The notes under the pieces: model-generated
Seen by the model: the letters and a program-made list of their open reading frames with translations, nothing else
Told to the model about the DNA's origin: nothing
The model's database searches: none
Assembly (NCBI GenBank): GCA_021158625.1
Contig: JAGGUG010000126.1
Span: 1 to 47,071 of the forward strand
Direction of reading: 5' to 3'
DNA from: Candidatus Omnitrophota bacterium
GTDB taxonomy: Bacteria; Omnitrophota; 4484-213
DNA: 47,071 nt
Program-made: the position numbers and the translations under genes
Part shown: piece by piece, positions 8,189-18,386 of the stretch
Position numbering within the stretch: the stretch's first letter is position 1
How the letters are laid out: the number at the start of each line of letters is the position of its first letter

Positions 8189-9301
8189 CTATCCATTCTT
8201 TATCTCTAAAAGTGCCTTAATAAATCTCTCGTTTTCTTCTTTTTTTCCAATAGTTAGGCGCACAAAGTTATTCAGCTTATAAGGTTTTAAATTGCGCACG
8301 ATTATTCCATAAGCAAGCATCCTTCGGCAAAACTCTCTACCGTCTTGTTGAACATCTATGGTAACAAAATTGGTAGCGCTATTTATGTAAAAAAAATTCA
8401 GTTTATTTAAGGAGTTGCAAATATATTCTTTTCCTTCGCTTACCACCTCTTTTGTTTGATTTAAGAATGTTTCGTCATCTAAAACTGCTGCTGCGGCTTG
8501 TTGGGCTAAATAATTAACATTAAAGGGAAGGCGAACACGGTTCAAATAATCAATAAATTGAGGGTTGCTAATTCCGTAGCCAATCCTCAGGCCGGCCAAG
8601 CCATAAAATTTAGAAAATGTCCTCAAGAGGATAAGATTTTGTTTATCTAAAAACTCAAGCATCCGGGGATAATCATCGGCCTGAACAAACTCTATATAGG
8701 CCTGGTCAAAAATAATAACCACATTTTCAGGAATATCCTTTAAAAAATCTTCTATTTCACCTTGATTTAAATAACTTCCTAAGGGATTGTTGGGGTTGGA
8801 GATAAAAATCAATTTTGTTTTGTTATTGATTGCTAATTTTATTCTTTTTAAATCGGTTCTAAAATTCTTGACAGATACACAAACAATCTTGGCGCCAGCC
8901 GCCTTAGCCGCCAATTTATAAATCAAAAAATCGGGTTCACTCAAGATTACTTCTTCTCCGGGATTTAAAAATGCTTTAATAATCAGCTCAATAATCTCAT
9001 CCGAACCATTGCCTAAGATTATATTTTGGGGATTAACGCCGCATCTCTTAGCAATCTTTTCTCGCAGAGAAAAGGGTCTATCCGGGGGATAACGATAGAT
9101 ATTCTCCAGTGAAGATTTTATCGCCTCTATTGCCTTCTGCGAAACCCCAATTGGATTCTCATTGGAAGCGAGTTTAATAAGCTCTTTATCAATGCCGACA
9201 TCCTTTGCATTCAGCCCTGGCTGATATGGCTGTAAGTCAAGAATGGATTTTTTGGCTAAATTTTGGAGTTGGGTGGACATTTCAGAAAGTGCTATTTCCA
9301 T
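8189..9301 (-). CDS. hisC: Histidinol-phosphate/aromatic aminotransferase (class II PLP)
   Basis: 370 aa. LASNENP, NPNNPLG and TFSKFYGLAGLRIGY (PLP Lys) are present. It sits between pheA and aroF, so it may act as an aromatic aminotransferase. Confidence 0.85.
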   Translation of the reverse strand: MEIALSEMSTQLQNLAKKSILDLQPYQPGLNAKDVGIDKELIKLASNENPIGVSQKAIEAIKSSLENIYRYPPDRPFSLREKIAKRCGVNPQNIILGNGSDEIIELIIKAFLNPGEEVILSEPDFLIYKLAAKAAGAKIVCVSVKNFRTDLKRIKLAINNKTKLIFISNPNNPLGSYLNQGEIEDFLKDIPENVVIIFDQAYIEFVQADDYPRMLEFLDKQNLILLRTFSKFYGLAGLRIGYGISNPQFIDYLNRVRLPFNVNYLAQQAAAAVLDDETFLNQTKEVVSEGKEYICNSLNKLNFFYINSATNFVTIDVQQDGREFCRRMLAYGIIVRNLKPYKLNNFVRLTIGKKEENERFIKALLEIKNG

Positions 9302-9361
9302 ATTTTTTTCTGCTCTGTCTTTTAGCTTGAAGTCCCGAGCTTGTTGTCTCCAGCCTCTAAT

Positions 9362-10435
9362 CTATAATCCACTCTTCGGATACGCCCCTAATATCTTTAG
9401 ATAAATGCACTTCTTATTCAGCTCTGTGAGAACTTTTTTCACCTTTTTATCCTCAGAGTGCCCCTCTAAATCTACGAAGAAGTAATACTCCCAGGCTCTT
9501 TTTTTGGAAGGGCGGGATTCTATCTTGGTAAGGTTAATCCCTTGTTTTTTAAATGGCAGAAGCGTTTCATAGAGCGCTCCTACTTTATCTTTTAGCGAAA
9601 AGACGATTGAGGTCTTATCCTTACCAGTTTTAGAGACCTCGTTTTTACCAATTACCAAAAAGCGAGTGATGTTATGTAGACTATCCTGAATGTCCTTTTT
9701 GACTATCTTTAGATTGTAAATCTGAGCAGCTAACTCATTAGCAATTGCCCCCGAATATTTCTCCCCAGTGGCAATCTCTGCTGCTTTCGTTGTGCTGGAA
9801 ACCTCAATCAATTCAGCATTGGGTAAATTTCTATTTAGCCAACCGCGACATTGCCCGAACACCTGAGGATTGGAATAAACCCTTTTAATCTCGGGGAGGG
9901 GAAAATTAGAAAGAAAACTGTGTGAAATCTTCAGAAATATCTCTGAGCATATTTTTATATCAAAATCTATAAACATATCCAGGGTGTAGTTCACCGCTCC
10001 CTCAATAGAGTTTTCAATAGGAACTACTCCATAATCCGCCTCTCCTTTCTCCACGAGTTTGAATATACCGTCAATATTTGAGGAGTTGAGATATTCTACC
10101 GAGCTACCGAATTTTTTTAAAGCGGCTAAATGGGTGAAGGTAGCCGCTGGTCCTAAGTAAGCAATACGCATTTCCTTCTGGAGAGAGAGGGTGCCAGACA
10201 TAATCTCACGGTAGACTGCTTTTACAGTTTTCTCGCGCAGGGGCCCCTTATTCAGTTTAATAATCCGGCGATAGATATCTTCTTCTCTCTGGGGTGCATA
10301 AACAGAGATACCCTTTTTATCTTTTATCTCGCCAATCTCGAGAGCAACCTCTGTGCGCTGATTAAGAAGTTGAATTATCTTTTTATCTAAGTGATCAATC
10401 TCTCGGCGAAGTATCTCTAATTTTTTCTCTTTCAT
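9362..10435 (-). CDS. pheA: Bifunctional chorismate mutase / prephenate dehydratase (P-protein)
   Basis: 357 aa. It has an N-terminal CM helix region, a PDT domain (IAYLGPAATFTH, TRFLVIG) and a C-terminal ACT domain with ESRPS. Confidence 0.9.
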   Translation of the reverse strand: MKEKKLEILRREIDHLDKKIIQLLNQRTEVALEIGEIKDKKGISVYAPQREEDIYRRIIKLNKGPLREKTVKAVYREIMSGTLSLQKEMRIAYLGPAATFTHLAALKKFGSSVEYLNSSNIDGIFKLVEKGEADYGVVPIENSIEGAVNYTLDMFIDFDIKICSEIFLKISHSFLSNFPLPEIKRVYSNPQVFGQCRGWLNRNLPNAELIEVSSTTKAAEIATGEKYSGAIANELAAQIYNLKIVKKDIQDSLHNITRFLVIGKNEVSKTGKDKTSIVFSLKDKVGALYETLLPFKKQGINLTKIESRPSKKRAWEYYFFVDLEGHSEDKKVKKVLTELNKKCIYLKILGAYPKSGL

Positions 10436-10955
10436 TTTTCTCCAGTTTCGGAAGGTCGCTTAGCGACCTTAAACCAAAATACTGCAAAAAATGGGAAGTT
10501 GTGCGGTAGATTAAGGGTCTACCCAGCGTTTCTTTTCTACCAGCAATCCTAATCAATTTTTTTTCGGTGAGCAATCTCAAAATTCCCCCTACCTCCACTC
10601 CTCTTATAACTTCGATATCGGCACGGGTTACTGGCTGACGATAGGCAATAATAGATAAGGTTTCTAAAGCAGCGGCAGAAAGTTTCTCTTCTCGCTCTCT
10701 TCTGGCTATCCTTTTTAACCAGGGAGCATAAAGAGGTAAGGTGCAAATTTGAAACCCTTGGGCAATCTCTACAATCTGAAAACTCCGTCTCTCCTTCGCA
10801 TATTCATTTTTCAATTCCTCAATAATCTCTCTTATTGCCTTATTTCCGAGCCTTAAAACCTTATTTAGCCCTTCAATTAACAAGGGTTTAGGGCTAGCAA
10901 ATAAGGCAGCTTCAATTATTCTCTTCGCTTCCTCCCTACTTATCGGTTTCTCCAT
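10395..10955 (-). CDS. scpB: Segregation and condensation protein B
   Basis: ScpB motifs IIEAALFAS and LSIIAYRQPVTRADIEVIRGV are present. I prefer the internal ATG at 10955 (MEKPISREE), because the track start at 11036 would overlap scpA by 100 nt. Confidence 0.85.
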   Translation of the reverse strand: MEKPISREEAKRIIEAALFASPKPLLIEGLNKVLRLGNKAIREIIEELKNEYAKERRSFQIVEIAQGFQICTLPLYAPWLKRIARREREEKLSAAALETLSIIAYRQPVTRADIEVIRGVEVGGILRLLTEKKLIRIAGRKETLGRPLIYRTTSHFLQYFGLRSLSDLPKLEKNEREKIRDTSPRD

Positions 10956-11730
10956 ATATAGAGTGAGCCTCGCCCTTTCTGCTTTCAGGAAATTCTCTGG
11001 GATAAGAAGGGGCGGGATAAATCCAAATTTCTCCAAAGAGTCCCTCTTGGCGGACAGTTATCTGCTCCGTCTTTATTAATTCCAGAGTAGCCAAGAAAAT
11101 AACAATCATCTCTGTTTTAGTCTCTGCTGATTGGAATAACTTTCTTAGAGAAATGAAAGATTCGTTTTTTAACCTATTTAAAATTTGCGAAATCTTATCG
11201 CGGATAGTCCATTTTTCTTTAACTAGTTTAATCTCTTTGTCTGGGATAAACGAGGAAATTTGAGCAAAAGCAGTGATTAAATCCTGAATATTTACCCTCT
11301 CTTGCTTGGTACTGTCCTCCTTGGTATCTTCCTCTATTTTCATTCTTGGGCGGCCAAAAAACAAACTCCGTTCCTCCTCCTTACTTCTTAACTCCTTTGC
11401 TATATTTTTAATCTGCTCATAGGCCCAGAGTTTTTGCTCCAAAAGATTCTCCAGATTCTCCTTTTCCTCGTCGGGAGCAACTTCTCTTTTTGGCAGAAGT
11501 GAAACCGACTTCAAAAAAATCAAACTGGAAAAAATTAATAAAAAATCCGCGGCAATATCTATACTTCCCTGAAAATCTAATAGCCAATCAAGATACTGAT
11601 TGACTATTTCCATCAAGGAGAAATTGCAGATATCCAATCTTTCTTCCTTAACTTGTTGGAGAAGAATCCTTGGTTCTCCAGAAAATCCCTCTAATTCTAA
11701 TTTCAAATTTAAATTCTCTATGTATTGCAT
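10936..11730 (-). CDS. scpA: Segregation and condensation protein A
   Basis: The ScpA N-terminus is FSGEPRILLQQVKEERLDICNFSLMEIVNQYLDW. I prefer the ATG at 11730 (MQYIENL), which is preceded by AAGGGGA. The track start at 11763 overlaps trpS. Confidence 0.82.
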   Translation of the reverse strand: MQYIENLNLKLELEGFSGEPRILLQQVKEERLDICNFSLMEIVNQYLDWLLDFQGSIDIAADFLLIFSSLIFLKSVSLLPKREVAPDEEKENLENLLEQKLWAYEQIKNIAKELRSKEEERSLFFGRPRMKIEEDTKEDSTKQERVNIQDLITAFAQISSFIPDKEIKLVKEKWTIRDKISQILNRLKNESFISLRKLFQSAETKTEMIVIFLATLELIKTEQITVRQEGLFGEIWIYPAPSYPREFPESRKGEAHSIYGETDK

Positions 11731-11737
11731 TTCCCCT

Positions 11738-12760
11738 TTAACCTTTCCTCTCTCCTCCTTCAAGAGAAATAAATCCCACTCTTTCTTTTACCTTTTTTAA
11801 TGTCTTCTCAGCCCGTTCGCTCGCTTTCTCTGCTCCTTGCTTTAAGATGGTAAGTATATATTCTTTATCACCAATAAGTTTTTCATACCTATTTTGTATC
11901 GGACGCAATGTCTCAATAATTAACTCGGCAAGTTCTTTTTTAAATCCAGCATAGTTTTTGCCTTTAAACTGTTCTTCTAATTTGGCTATAGGTATCCCCG
12001 ATAGACAAGAATAGATAGTCAAGAGATTACTTATACCTAATTTTGATTTATTCACCTTTATCTCTCTTCCTGAATCTGTAACGGCTTGTCTAATCTTTTT
12101 GAGCACGACCGATGGTCCGTCTAATAAAGCAATATAGTTGTTAGAATTGAGGTCGGATTTGTCCATTTTACGTTCGGGATTGAGCAAACTCATTATTCTT
12201 GCTCCTACCCGGGAAATATAAGGCTCGGGAATCTGGAATACCTTTCCGTATAAATTATTAAATCTACTGGCAATGTTTCTGGTTAATTCAAGATGCTGCC
12301 TCTGGTCATCTCCGATAGGCACAATATTGGTTTGATATAGCAATATATCAGCAGCCATTAGCACAGGGTATACATAAAGTCCGGCATTAACATTGGAGGA
12401 ATATTTCCTTGCTTTATCTTTAAATTGGGTCATTCGGTTCAATTCACCAACGTTGGTGAAGCAGTTCAGAATCCAGGCCAATTCTGCATGCGCCGGGACA
12501 TTGGACTGAATAAATATTATACTTTGTTCTGGGTCTATTCCCGAGGCAAGATATTGAGCGGCAAACGATAGAGAGCGCTCTCGCAGAGCAGATGGGTCTT
12601 GGCGCACCGTAATTGAATGCATATCTACAACTATAAACAGACAATCATAGTGAGCCTGCATCTGGCTCCAGTTCTTTAATGCCCCGATGTAATTACCTAT
12701 GGTGAGATTTCCGGTAGGGGCAACGCCGCTCAAGAGTATTTTTTTATTATTGTTTTTCAT
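11738..12760 (-). CDS. trpS: Tryptophan--tRNA ligase
   Basis: 340 aa. It has a class I HIGH-like motif (TIGNYIGA) and a KMSKS-like motif (KMDKS). Confidence 0.92.
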   Translation of the reverse strand: MKNNNKKILLSGVAPTGNLTIGNYIGALKNWSQMQAHYDCLFIVVDMHSITVRQDPSALRERSLSFAAQYLASGIDPEQSIIFIQSNVPAHAELAWILNCFTNVGELNRMTQFKDKARKYSSNVNAGLYVYPVLMAADILLYQTNIVPIGDDQRQHLELTRNIASRFNNLYGKVFQIPEPYISRVGARIMSLLNPERKMDKSDLNSNNYIALLDGPSVVLKKIRQAVTDSGREIKVNKSKLGISNLLTIYSCLSGIPIAKLEEQFKGKNYAGFKKELAELIIETLRPIQNRYEKLIGDKEYILTILKQGAEKASERAEKTLKKVKERVGFISLEGGERKG

Positions 12761-13220
12761 ACCTTTCTATCTCTTCTGAGAGGACCTTAAGTTCTACACC
12801 TGCCTTTTTGAAGAGCTCCCTTGTATCGGCACCAGCGTGATATCTCTTATTGCAGACCACCCTTTTTATTCCACAGTTTACAATCATCTTTGCACAGGTA
12901 AAACAGGGCTCCATTGAACAATATAAAGTAGAAGCATTTAAAGATATGCCAAATTTAGCCGCCTGACAAATAGCATTCTGTTCAGCGTGGATGGTTCGTA
13001 TGCAATGTTTACTCACAGAACCATCGGGGGCAATGACATCTCTTAACATATGGCCTGCTTCATCGCAATGAGGCAAGCCAGAAGGCGCTCCTACATAACC
13101 GGTAGCAAGAATTCGCCGGTCTCTTACTATTACACATCCACTCTTTCCTCTATCGCAGGTTGCCCTTGTTGCTACTTCCCGAACAATTCCCAGAAAATAT
13201 TCATCCCAATCTGGTCGCAT
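12747..13220 (-). CDS. dCMP (deoxycytidylate) deaminase
   Basis: 157 aa. Zinc motifs HAEQNAI and PCFTCAKMI of the cytidine/dCMP deaminase fold are present. Confidence 0.88.
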   Translation of the reverse strand: MRPDWDEYFLGIVREVATRATCDRGKSGCVIVRDRRILATGYVGAPSGLPHCDEAGHMLRDVIAPDGSVSKHCIRTIHAEQNAICQAAKFGISLNASTLYCSMEPCFTCAKMIVNCGIKRVVCNKRYHAGADTRELFKKAGVELKVLSEEIERYEKQ

Positions 13221-13244
13221 GATTAAATCACTAAGCAGACAATT

Positions 13245-13324
13245 GGCAGTAGGCAGTAAGCAGTAGGCAATAGGCAGTTGGCAGTAGGCAACTTCTTGTA
13301 TATTAGCTTTTTCTTGTCTGCTGC
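13245..13324. repeat. Heptamer-like tract (GGCAGTA)n with a pairing partner
   Basis: ggcagtaggcagtaagcagtaggcaataggcagttggcagtaggcaa pairs with cttgtctgctgc using G:T pairs. An inverse copy CTACTGCCTACTG lies at 32659-32671. Confidence 0.6.
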
Positions 13325-13367
13325 ATATTTGGAGTTTATTCTACCACATTCCCCTATTTATCCAAAC

Positions 13368-13448
13368 TCCCTTAGAAATATACATAGAAACTTCAGCCAG
13401 AACTTTTAAAGACCTCTCTTACATTATAACAGGAGTTTTCTAACGGGG
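13368..13448. repeat. Family A palindromic element (degenerate left arm)
   Basis: TCCCTTAGAAA ... TTTTCTAACGGGG. The right arm encodes the glyA end ...PLPR-TAG. Confidence 0.5.
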
Positions 13449-14723
13449 CAAGGGGAATTTTGCTACTAATCTATCTACTTCTTTAGTTACCTCTGCGATT
13501 ACTTCTTCGTCATTGATATTACTGATTACCCTGTCAATCAAATGAGCAATTTTTTTCATCTCCTCTTCTTTCATCCCCCGCGTGGTCACCGCCGGTGTGC
13601 CGAGGCGAATCCCACTGGTCACAAAAGCACTTTGGCTATCAAAGGGAATTAAATTCTTGTTTACAGTAATTCTTGCCTTGTCTAGGGCAGTAGTGGCATC
13701 CTTGCCGGTTATCTTTCTACTGGCGAAAACATCTACAAGCAGCAAGTGATTATCTGTCCCGCCGGAAACAATTCTATAATTTAGTCTTTTTAACTCCTCG
13801 GATAGCACAGCCGCATTTCGAACAATCTGGCGTTGATATTGTTTGAACTGCTCACTCAAGGCCTCTCTAAATGCTACTGCTTTGGCAGCGATAACATGCA
13901 TAAGGGGTCCCCCCTGGATTCCCGGAAAAACCGCAGCATCAATCTTTTTCCCAAATTCCTTTCGGCATAAAATCATCCCTCCCCGTGGGCCTCTTAGCGT
14001 TTTATGAGTGGTGGTGGTAATAAATTCAGCATAAGGAACAGGGTCAGGATGAAGTTTTGCCGCTATCAAACCAGCAATGTGGGCCACATCTGCCATTACA
14101 AATGCCCCACTTTTATCGGCAATCTCTCGCAGTCTCTTAAAATCAATTATTCGTGGATAAGCAGAGGCGCCAACCAGAATCATCTTCGGTTTATTTTTTT
14201 TAGCCAGCTCCTCTAATTCATCATAGTCAATCTTTTCATCTCTCGGGCTAACACCGTAAGGAATAATCTGAAAATACTTCCCCGAGTAATTTAAAGGATG
14301 ACCATGGGTTAGATGCCCGCCATGAGCCAGATTCATTGCCAGGACCTTATCTCCCGGCTTCAGCATTGCAAAATAAACGGCCATATTTGCCTGCGCCCCC
14401 GAATGGGGCTGGACATTGACATATTCGGCTCCAAAGAGTTCCTTTGCCCGTTCGATGGCTAAGGATTCGGCAACATCGACGAACTGGCAGCCCCCATACC
14501 AGCGCCTTCCCGGATAGCCCTCGGCATATTTATTGGTCAAAACCGAGCCTTGAGCTTCTAATACTGCCTGGCTCACAAAATTCTCCGAAGCAATTAGTTC
14601 AATATTTTCCTGCTGTCTTTTGAGCTCATTTTGAATTGCCTCGAAAATCTCATTATCGACCACCTTTAACTGCTCATTTACCCTCTTAGAGGTTTGTTCA
14701 TTAACGACTAACTTTTCTTCCAT
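13440..14723 (-). CDS. glyA: Serine hydroxymethyltransferase
   Basis: 427 aa. ELIASENF and the PLP-Lys motif [14 protein letters not shown] are present. The last codons and the TAG stop lie in a family A repeat arm. Confidence 0.95.
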   Translation of the reverse strand: MEEKLVVNEQTSKRVNEQLKVVDNEIFEAIQNELKRQQENIELIASENFVSQAVLEAQGSVLTNKYAEGYPGRRWYGGCQFVDVAESLAIERAKELFGAEYVNVQPHSGAQANMAVYFAMLKPGDKVLAMNLAHGGHLTHGHPLNYSGKYFQIIPYGVSPRDEKIDYDELEELAKKNKPKMILVGASAYPRIIDFKRLREIADKSGAFVMADVAHIAGLIAAKLHPDPVPYAEFITTTTHKTLRGPRGGMILCRKEFGKKIDAAVFPGIQGGPLMHVIAAKAVAFREALSEQFKQYQRQIVRNAAVLSEELKRLNYRIVSGGTDNHLLLVDVFASRKITGKDATTALDKARITVNKNLIPFDSQSAFVTSGIRLGTPAVTTRGMKEEEMKKIAHLIDRVISNINDEEVIAEVTKEVDRLVAKFPLPR

Positions 14724-14740
14724 TGTTTCTCCTTCTTTTA

Positions 14741-14766
14741 GCCTGTTAAAACTCCTAACAGGGCTT
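14741..14766. repeat. Family A-like mini hairpin
   Basis: GCCTGTTAAAACTCCTAACAGGGC, lying just upstream of the glyA SD. Confidence 0.5.
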
Positions 14767-14786
14767 ATCAGTTTGCTCTTGCCTTT

Positions 14787-14821
14787 ACCTTGTTAGAAAG
14801 TCCCGCCCTTTCTAACGGGGT
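14787..14821. repeat. Family A short hairpin
   Basis: ACCTTGTTAGAAAG-tcccgcc-CTTTCTAACGGGGT. The last 9 codons and the TAA stop of dnaE are read from it. Confidence 0.7.
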
Positions 14822-17800
14822 TTACTTCCACCGTTACTCTTTCTTTTCCTATTAACTGCTCGAGTTGAAGAAGAAAACTTTCAGTGCACTTAGCGGTTAA
14901 GGAAGAGCGAACAGTATGCTTTCCTCGGGGGGAGGAGAAGATTAAATAAAGGGGAACATCCCCGGGGTGAGCAGAAACAAGCCTTTTTATCTCGCGAAGA
15001 AGATTTTCATCGCTGTCTGCTTCTAAATTCAGAGAAATAGAAGCAGTGTATTTCTGAGAGATTTGCTCTATTGGAATTAATTTCTCAGCAATTATCTTGC
15101 GTTCATTATTTCTTAAACTAATCCTTCCTTCGACGAAGATTGGAGCATCTATTTTAACATAATTGCTTACTTTATTAAAGACCTTTGGAAAAAGGATAAT
15201 CTCAATCGCCCCATTAGAAATCTCTAAATTAAAAAAAGCCATCTTCTCCCCGCGTTTGGTAACAATTTGTTTAATCTTAGTAATAACTCCCCCGACTAAC
15301 ACCTCTTCGTTTTCGCTGTAGTTATTTAATTCAGTAAAGGAAACGGAATATCTCTTCAGCACCTGCTCATACTCTGCTAAGGGATGACCGCTGAAATAAA
15401 AGCCCAGAAGCTCTTTTTCAAAGGCCAATAACTGATTGCGCGGCCATTCTTTTATTGTTATCTTTTTCTTTTCTTTTCGAGGTTCAAAGTAAGAGAGATT
15501 ATCAAGAAGGGATAATTGCCCCCGACTTTTATCTCTTTGGAGCCGATTTGCCCTCTGGAGGCTACCTTCTAAATCCACTATTAACTGAGCTCGTGGCAAA
15601 TTGAAACAATCAAATGCTCCGCATTTTATCAAACTCTCAATTACCTTTTTATTTACGAGTCTCAGATCTACTCGCTGACAAAAGTCTTCTAAAGAAGAAA
15701 ATTTCTTTTTTGTCCTCGCTTTAATAATAGAATCGATTGCTCCCCTTCCTACATTCTTCACTGCTAACAAACCAAATCTGATGCTATCTTTCTCAACAGT
15801 GAATTCAGCAAAAGATTGTTGAACATCGGGAGGTAAGATTCTTATACCCATCTTCCTGCATTCTTCTACATAATCAGCAATCTTGTCCGTATTATCCTCT
15901 TCACTGGTTAATAAAGCAGCCATAAACTGGAGAGGATAATTTGCCTTTAAATAAGCTGTCCGGTAAGAAATAAGGGCATAGGCGGCGCTATGGCTTTTAT
16001 TAAAACCATAGCCGGAAAAATATTCGATAAGATTAAATACTTTTTCCGCTACTCTTCTTCGTATCCCATTTTTTAGGCATCCTTCAACAAAAGATTCTTT
16101 TTGTTGCTCGATGACTTCGGGAATCTTTTTGCTTATTGCCCGACGCAGTAAATCTGCTTGAGTTAAACTAAACCCGGCCAGAATATGAGCAATTTGCATT
16201 ATTTGTTCCTGGTAGAGGATAATTCCATAGGTCTCTTTTAAGATTGGTTCCAACTTAGGATGGTCGTATTTAATTAATTTAGGATTGTGTTTTCTCTGAA
16301 CGAAATCATTAATCATTCCACTCCCTAAAGGACCTGGGCGATGCAAAGCGAGAATAGCTATAATATCCTCAAAATTCTGGGGTTCAATCCTCTTCAATAA
16401 ATCCTGCATTCCTCCACTTTCTAATTGAAACACCCCTATCGATTTCCCCTTGCAAAGCAGATGATAAGTCTTTTTATCGTCAAGAGGAATACTCTCAACA
16501 CTGATTTCTTTTTCGGAAAACCTCCTTATGTTTTCTATTGTTTTACTAATTACCGTTAAAGTACGCAGTCCTAAAAAGTCCATCTTTAAGAGACCAATCT
16601 TTTCCAGAGAAAACATAGAATACTGAGTAGCAATCTTCCCATCAGGGCTTTTAAACAAAGGCACAATGTCGCTCAGGGGCTGCTTGGAAATTACAACTCC
16701 GGCTGCATGGGTAGAGGCGTGCCGGGTTAATCCCTCCAGGCTCTTAGAGATATCCAACAATCGTTTTATCTGCTCGTCCTGCTCGTAAAGCTCCTTTAGG
16801 CGTGGCTCCTGATAAAGTGCTTCTTGAATGGTAATATTGAGCGTTAAAGGAACTAGCTTAGCAATCCTATCTACTTCTGAATAAGGCATCCCCATTACCC
16901 TGCCGACATCTCTGATTACTCCATGCGCGGCCATTGTACCGAAAGTAATTATTTGAGAAACATTTTCTTTGCTATATTTTTGAGTGACATAGTCAATCAC
17001 CTCATCCCTGCGCTGATAACAGAAATCAATATCAATATCGGGCATCGTTATCCGCTCATAGTTCAAAAACCTTTCAAATAAAAGATTATATTTCAGAGGA
17101 TTGATATCGGTTATTCCTAAGACATAAGCGACTAAACTCCCGGCCACAGAACCTCTACCGGGCCCAACGGCAATATTATTCTTCTTAGCAAAGTTAATAA
17201 AATCCTGCACAATAAGGAAGTAAGATGCATAACCAGACTCTTCAATTATTTTTAACTCCTGGTTCATTCTCTGAATAACCTCTTCATTTACCCTGTTAAA
17301 TAATTCGCTTGGGCGAACAGTGCCTTTGGCGGATTTAATAGGGTTTATCGCATTAAATTGCGCCTTTGCCGCCCCCCCGATGGAGGTGTCGGGGGATTCG
17401 GGCTGAACCTCTTTAAACCTTTCTTTCAACCTCTGCTGACAGAGTTCTTTAAGGTATTCTTTATCTGTTAGACCCTCGGGGGGAGAAAAAACAGGCATAT
17501 ACTTCTTACTAAAATCGAGCTCGAGATTGCATTTATTAACGACCTTTAGCGTATTGGTCAAAGCAGAGGGAATTTCTGAAAATAACTCCTTCATCTCTTC
17601 TTCACTCTTGAGATAAAATTCATTGGTAGAGAATCTCATTCTTTTAGGGTCATCTAAGGTAGTTTGCGTTTGAAGACAGAGAAGGATTTCATGGCTGTAG
17701 CTATCAGATTTATGTAAATAATGCACATCATTTGTAGCTACTAATTCTATATTCATCTCCTTTGCTATCTTAATCAACTCTCTATTTATCTTTTTTTGTT

Positions 17801-18386
17801 CAGGGATTAATTGGTCCTGAAGTTCTAAATAAAAATTATCTTTTCCAAATATATCCTGAAAGTCAATAATTGCTTTTTTGGCTTTATCGATCTGGTCATT
17901 AATAATATAATTGGGAATCTCTCCATGGAGACATCCACTGAGCCCAATAAGTCCCTCTGAATACTGAGATAAAATTTCTTTGTCTATTCTTGGTTTATAA
18001 TAGAAACCTTCTAAATAAGCCGCTGTAGCGAGTTTAACCAAATTTTTATATCCTTTTAGGTCTTTTACTAACAGAGTGAGATGTTTTCTTCCTCTCTTTT
18101 CCACTTCTGGATCTCGGTTGAATCTGCTTTCCGGAGCAAGATAAGCCTCATAGCCAATTATTGGCTTTATCCCCTGTTTCATTGCTTCCTGATAAAACTC
18201 AATTGCCCCAAACATATTTCCGTGGTCAGTAATGGCGATAGCCGGAAATTTTAATTCTATGCTTCTCTTGATTAAGTCAGGGAGTTTACAGGCGCCATCG
18301 AGAAGACTGTATTGGCTATGAACATGAAGGTGAGCGAAATTTGCGTGAGTCACGTTTTGGTAGGGAGGTGTTGGTTTGGTTACCAA
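14793..18386 (-). CDS. dnaE: DNA polymerase III alpha subunit
   Basis: 1197 aa. PHP FAHLHVHSQYSLLDG, GPGRGSVAGSLVAYVLGIT and PDIDIDF are present. The track start at 18386 is TTG, and a GVG-type alternative (GTG at 18353, giving MTHANFAHL) matches the usual N-terminal length. It contains an in-frame repeat insertion and ends inside a repeat hairpin. Confidence 0.93.
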   Translation of the reverse strand: MVTKPTPPYQNVTHANFAHLHVHSQYSLLDGACKLPDLIKRSIELKFPAIAITDHGNMFGAIEFYQEAMKQGIKPIIGYEAYLAPESRFNRDPEVEKRGRKHLTLLVKDLKGYKNLVKLATAAYLEGFYYKPRIDKEILSQYSEGLIGLSGCLHGEIPNYIINDQIDKAKKAIIDFQDIFGKDNFYLELQDQLIPEQKKINRELIKIAKEMNIELVATNDVHYLHKSDSYSHEILLCLQTQTTLDDPKRMRFSTNEFYLKSEEEMKELFSEIPSALTNTLKVVNKCNLELDFSKKYMPVFSPPEGLTDKEYLKELCQQRLKERFKEVQPESPDTSIGGAAKAQFNAINPIKSAKGTVRPSELFNRVNEEVIQRMNQELKIIEESGYASYFLIVQDFINFAKKNNIAVGPGRGSVAGSLVAYVLGITDINPLKYNLLFERFLNYERITMPDIDIDFCYQRRDEVIDYVTQKYSKENVSQIITFGTMAAHGVIRDVGRVMGMPYSEVDRIAKLVPLTLNITIQEALYQEPRLKELYEQDEQIKRLLDISKSLEGLTRHASTHAAGVVISKQPLSDIVPLFKSPDGKIATQYSMFSLEKIGLLKMDFLGLRTLTVISKTIENIRRFSEKEISVESIPLDDKKTYHLLCKGKSIGVFQLESGGMQDLLKRIEPQNFEDIIAILALHRPGPLGSGMINDFVQRKHNPKLIKYDHPKLEPILKETYGIILYQEQIMQIAHILAGFSLTQADLLRRAISKKIPEVIEQQKESFVEGCLKNGIRRRVAEKVFNLIEYFSGYGFNKSHSAAYALISYRTAYLKANYPLQFMAALLTSEEDNTDKIADYVEECRKMGIRILPPDVQQSFAEFTVEKDSIRFGLLAVKNVGRGAIDSIIKARTKKKFSSLEDFCQRVDLRLVNKKVIESLIKCGAFDCFNLPRAQLIVDLEGSLQRANRLQRDKSRGQLSLLDNLSYFEPRKEKKKITIKEWPRNQLLAFEKELLGFYFSGHPLAEYEQVLKRYSVSFTELNNYSENEEVLVGGVITKIKQIVTKRGEKMAFFNLEISNGAIEIILFPKVFNKVSNYVKIDAPIFVEGRISLRNNERKIIAEKLIPIEQISQKYTASISLNLEADSDENLLREIKRLVSAHPGDVPLYLIFSSPRGKHTVRSSLTAKCTESFLLQLEQLIGKERVTVEVNPVRKGGTF
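17289..17343. repeat. Family A element inside the dnaE CDS (in frame)
   Basis: ACCCTGTTAAAT ... ATTTAATAGGGT, encoding NPIKSAKGTVRPSELFNRV. Confidence 0.75.

Noticed and set aside
10455-10475. The near-perfect palindrome AAGGTCGCTTAGCGACCTT as a regulatory site or terminator.
   Set aside because: It lies inside the conserved C-terminal coding region of scpB (FGLRSLSDLP) and has an essentially zero-length loop. It is most simply a coding coincidence.
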